Source: the human T2T-CHM13v2.0 reference genome, Homo sapiens. Taken from it: a DNA stretch of 64,000 nucleotides. Both the position numbers and the translations under genes were made by a program. Shown one piece after another: positions 58,270 to 64,000 of the stretch; positions within the stretch are counted from its first letter, which is position 1; each line of letters begins with the position of its first letter. The notes under the pieces were generated by a model. The model was not told the DNA's origin. It saw only the letters and a list, made by a program, of their open reading frames with translations, and searched no databases. Location: NCBI RefSeq assembly GCF_009914755.1, contig NC_060925.1; one strand, written 5' to 3'.

Positions 58270-58722
<453 letters not shown>

Positions 58723-61700
58723 TAGGGGCCCAGTCACACCAGCCCACCAGCCAGCATTTGTAATTCCAGCAAATTCTCATGGGGTTCCTCCTTTGGATCA
58801 GGCTTTGCCCTGTGTCCTGGGTACACGGAAGCTGATCAGTACAGCCCTGAAGGAGTTTAAAGCCCCATGACAGAAGCTGATGATGACAAACCGGAGTAGG
58901 TAGTGCTGTGTGAGAGAGGCATGGCTTTTAAAGACATGGAGAAACCCAGGAAGGCTTCCTGGAGGAGGTGGCAGCTGAGCTCAGCTTGGTATGGGACAGA
59001 ATAGCAGAGGGTTAAAAGCCTAGGCGCAAGAGTCAGACCCACTGGGACCCTGTTCTGGTTCTATCACAAACTAGCAGTGGGACTTTGAGTAGGTCATGCA
59101 ATCCCCCTAAGCTTTAACTTCCTCATTTGAAATGAAAAGGACTAATAGCAACAGCAATAATAGCAAACCCCTCTACAGTACAGCCCTGTGCCAGGCACTG
59201 TTCAAAGTGCTCTTCCATACTCGCTCAGCTGATCCTTACAGCAGCCCTCTGAAGTAGCTACTGTTATGAGTTCCATTTGTAAAGGAGGAAAAGGAGGCAT
59301 GGAGACACTAAGTAACTCAGCCAAGGACATCAGATAGTGTGTGTCAGAACCAGGACTTGAACCCAGGCAGTCTGGCCTCAGAGTCTATGCTCACGCCCAC
59401 TCCCTACTTCAGGTGACACTTGGGAAAATTAAATGAGATATGTATGTTGAGCTTTAGCCCAGTGCCTGGTACACAGTGGGTGCACAGCAAATGTCAACTT
59501 TTCCTCTAGTGGACATGGTGGAAAAGAGGCATTTTAGGCAGGCAGAAGAGCATGCACAAAGGTATGGGGTTGGGGACAAAGTGTTGCATGAAGACAGCAT
59601 CTCTCAACCTTTTATTTTCATTATGGGTCTCCCCACCCTGCCTTGTGCCATCCTTCTTAGACTTTTTTTTTTCCAAATCCTCTTCCATGAAATTGTAACA
59701 CCCCAGATACACTGTGTATTTGTTTATGTTCTATATGTATATCTGTGCTTTATACATAAAAAGAGTATTACCCTCCCCAAGAACCAATGTGTGTCCTGTT
59801 GAGAATGCATGTATTATGCATGCCCTTTTATGTACTTATGTATTCAACAAAGTACAGAGTGTGCCTATGTACTAGGGGCCTGTGTACATCACCTCCTGTC
59901 TTTTCTATTTCCTGCAAGGTAAGAATGACTGTTGTGTCTGCAGAAAAGGAAGGAGAGGCATAGCTAGAAAGTGGCAGGAGCCTGCTGGCTGCACGGCTGG
60001 CATTCTTCCTCCCACGTCAGTCCTAAGCCCTGGATCCCTGTGTGTGAGGGGCTAAGCCAGACTGCCGTGAGCTGCTGGGACCTGGGACCTGAATGCTCTT
60101 CCTCCCTGTTTTAACAGGGAAAATGTTTTCCGAGTCGAAGAATGTAGGAGCATTCCTGCTACCAGCCTGTGACTTCTTAAAGCTAGAGATGATGCAGTAC
60201 AGTCAGCCCTTTCTGTCTATGGGTTCTGCATCCATGATTCAACCAACCATGGATCCAAAATACTTGAAATAGCATTTACATGTGTATTTACATAGCATTT
60301 ACATAGTGTTAGATATTGCAGGGCCTTGGGGACTCTCCAGCCAAACCCTTCACTTCTCAGATGAGAGACCTGGGTCTCAGAAAGACCAAGTGACCTAGCT
60401 GGTGATACAGTGAGTTAGTGGTCAGTTGGAACCAGGCCAGGCCCCAGATGCTCTGGACCAGAGCCTGCTCCTCCCACCCAGCCAGGCGTGAGTGCAGGGG
60501 GTGGGTGTTGCCTGTACACACAGCCATGTTGTTGCAACAGGGTCTAGGCACAGCTGCACCTGGCAGGTGGGGCCCCTTGGCCTTCACTCCCAGTGGGCCA
60601 GGGAGGAAGCCCACCTAGGAGGTCACAGGGTGATCGTAGCCCATCGAGCTCCAAGACCCCAGTCGTAGACTCAAAACTGGGGGGCTGGGGGTCGAGGAGG
60701 CTGCTTCTGCTGGAGGTGCTCTTTCCTGTCCTGAGGCTGACTCAGCCCAGCCCTGCTGCCTGCAGAGCCCAGCACCTGGCCCCCATGGGTGGCTACTCTG
60801 CTATTCCTGCTCCCAGGCACCTCAGTCTCTGGTGGTGCCCGCTGTGGGTAACTCTAGGTCAGAAATAAAGCCTTCCTGGGCTGATGGCTTGGGCAGGTCC
60901 CTTCCCCTCTTGGCCTCGGTTTCCCCGTTTATTCATCTACTTACTCTTTCATGCATGTGCCTAATATTGATTGAGCACACGTAGGTATGCTGGGTGCTAT
61001 TCAGAGAACTGACGGTGCCACAGTGGGCAAAACAGACAAAATCCCTGCCCTCAGGAAGCTCCTATCTTGAGTGTAAGTCCCCTTAGTGAGGTGGCTGGAT
61101 GTGGGGCCTCCAGTAGTCCCTGCTCTTTCTTTTAGAAGCTGTGTGTCCTTGAGGATGTTACTTAGACTCTCTGAGGCTGTGTCTGACACCTCTTCTCTCA
61201 ACTGGGGTGAAGACCTTTTCCCTATCATCGCTGTCAGGCTCAGATGAGATGAGAGTTAGGGAAGCGTGCACTCTGTAGCTGGTACACACATCTGCTTTCT
61301 CTGCTATTCCTGTTTTAATTTACAGTGCGCCCTCATGCCCACTAGATTTGAGCCTCAACTGCTTATGAGGTAAGTGTAAGGATTAGGCCCATTTGACAGC
61401 TGAGAAGACTGAGGTGAGGAGAGATGAGGTGGCTTGGGGGAGAGGTGTGATAGGTGGACTTAGCTTGAGCTTTGCAGTCAGACGAAGCTGGGGCTTTGCC
61501 ACTTAGTTGACACATGGCCTTTACTCATCTGTAAAGTGGGTGCAGGCCTCTACCCCCCAGGGTGGTTGTGAATATGAAAGGAGATTAGAGAACTTAAGTG
61601 TTGGGCAAATTGTATTTCATCCCTTGCCCCACTCTTCCTGGGTTTGCCTGACTCAGCTGAAAGGCAGTGGAGCTGGTGCCAGGCCCAGGTCTCCTGCCCC

Positions 61701-64000
61701 AACCAGGCTCCAAAGATTGGGGTGAGCCCTAGCCTCCATGGCACTTCCTGTGCGGGGAGACCACTGTGGCAGGACTGCCCCACACAGCTGCCGAGGCGCC
61801 ATATCCATGAATGGGGCCTGCTCCCAGAGGGGTGTGATGCAGCTGCCCTGCTTGCTGAGTTCCTGGCATCCTCGACTGTGACCTTGGCGACTTGGAGCTG
61901 GGCGGGCCCAGCTGGTCACTAAGGTGACAGAAGGTGGTGTGAGGGCCGCTTCACATCTGCCCTCTAAGCAAACTTCCTGCTGTGGGCAGAACTCACCGGC
62001 ACCTGTGCCCTGCCCTGCCAGCTGTCACCTGCTGGGATGGCCCCAGGCCTACCCAAAGCCTGTCTCAGGTGTCCAGGGCTCTAAGTGGGGCTGGAGCATG
62101 GCTGGGAGGTGAGCAGGCAGGAGATGGGGCTCTGGAAGCTAATTACTTACACTTTTCTGAGTGTTGTGAAACATTTGTTTTTCTTTTTTTTTTTGCCCCT
62201 GAATCTGAAAGGAGAAATATTATCCTCATTTTACGGATGAGGAGAAAGAGGTTCAGAGAAGGTGTAAATGTGGTCCAGGTCACACAGCAGTAGAACCCAA
62301 CTTGCCTCCTTCCAGGAGGAATATTCTCTGTCCTGCCCTCATCTGCAAGGATGCTGGGAGCTCAGAGGAGGGTGAGGACAGGCACTATCTCAGCTTCCTG
62401 GGCTGTCTTCCAGAGAAGGAAGGGAGGTCTGTGAGAGTTCACAGGAGCACTGGACAGGGAGTTCCATGTTTGGGACTCCTGGCTGGTGTCCCAGGGATTT
62501 CTGGCTGGTGCCCTGCCCTGTACTGACATACAGGCTGGGGTTCAAATCCAGGATCCCATCAATCTGCTCCGTCACCCTGGTCTGTGATTGGGAGCAGTGA
62601 GCCTCCCAGCAGGCTGCTGTGAGGCTGCAGTGGGCCGAGAAGACACATTGCCGGAGAAAGTCCAGGTCCCCGGTGGGTGCTGGGCGTTCACCTGAGGGGC
62701 AGCAGCAGGTTCCATCTACCAGCATGGGCCCCTCCGTCAGCTAAGTCCCATCTACTGCTTCTTCTGTTCCCCAGACTGGCCTCTTGCCATTGGCCCCTCC
62801 TCGGTCTAGACAGCAGGACCACAGGTATGGAATCAACTGCTTCCCAGCAGCTCCAAACTGAGGAGCCTGGCAAGTGACTCAGCCTCTCTCAGTCTTGTGG
62901 GGCCTGCCATCTTGAGGCCTGTGATAAGCTTTGCTCCCTGACCCATTCCCCACAGGAGCCCCTTGAGATTCTGCTCATAACCCCACTTACGTCCCGGGTG
63001 CTGAATGCTGCCCTCTGTGAGCCCATTTAACCTGCACTCTGTCCTGTGAGGCAGGTGCCACTACCATCCCCCATTTTACAGATGAGGAAACCAGGCCTTG
63101 ATGAATGGAATTACAGACCCATGATCTCCCAGCAGGAATGTGTCCAAGCAGGGAGGTGAACCAACCAGTGCCCAGACTCATAACCACCCTCAGTGTTGGA
63201 AGGGACCTTCAGGATCACCCCCAAAGCAAGAGCAGCCCACACCCAGGATCAGCGACATTCCCACCCCACTCCCCACTGTGTGTCCCAGGTTGGGGAGGGG
63301 CATTGGATCCCCAGAGATGACCTGCCAGGGCTCTGAGGGGGCCGACAGCTGGTCTCATTCCTATCAGCCTTAGGCTGGCTGGGGCGTGGGTGATCTGTCT
63401 CAGGGTCTGGCCTGCAGAACTTGGTCTCTGCCTCAAGCCCCTGTGGGGTGGTTTAGTTGGCCAGGGGTGGGGACCAGAAAAGAGTCACAGGAGAGCAAAC
63501 TGTCCAGAGATAGAAGTGGTTGATCTGGTAAGTTGTAAGCTCTCCATCCCTGGAGGTACGCAAGTAGAGATAATCACTTGGCAGACATCATATCAAAATC
63601 TAAAGCATCCAGATGGGCAGAGGAATTGAGGTCTCCCATTCTGCCCTGGGCATCCCAATTCTGATCTTGTAAAGGATATTTCAATAGGCGGGAGTCTTCT
63701 GTCTATGGACCACCATCACTCAATCTTTCAACATGAAACACCCATAAGCAGCTACCCTCAGCCCCTGGACTCTCAGTCACTGCCCTAGGGTAGGACTTAC
63801 CCTGCAGAGAGAACTGAGGAGGCACCAGGAGGTGCTGGGAGCACATACAGGGAACTAATTCTATGGCGCAGGGAGTGGGTGGCGGGAAGGCTGAGGGCCG
63901 CAGGGGCTGGCTCATGCCAAGTTTCAACTGCGTATATGTGACCCTGGAGAGCCACAAAGGCTTGGAGCAGGGTGTGAAGACTTCTCTGCCCCCAGCCTTC

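Overview
Primate (almost certainly human) genomic DNA, dominated by repeats. The only protein-coding gene I can support is TMEM61 on the + strand: a CpG-island promoter at ~52.7-53.4 kb, a 15-nt coding part of exon 1 (MALPQ) and a 350-nt exon 2 encoding two TM helices. The last exon lies beyond the window. From recalled annotation this is the DHCR24-TMEM61-BSND region of 1p32.3. The upstream ~52 kb holds a decayed minus-strand class I provirus (gag-pro-pol-env remnants, one LTR, about ten younger insertions), a full-length THE1 MaLR, a Tigger4 transposase fragment, solo LTR8 and MER41 LTRs, and a nested stack L1 > MER20 > MER61-type provirus > younger inserts. The most unusual object is at 29395-30194: a HERV-K-type LTR whose primer-binding site continues into a complete antisense copy of mature tRNA-Lys(CTT), CCA included. 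A second copy of the LTR's last 31 bp follows, and a 6-bp target-site duplication brackets the whole unit. Repeat subfamily names come from recalled consensus sequences, and many boundaries are approximate.
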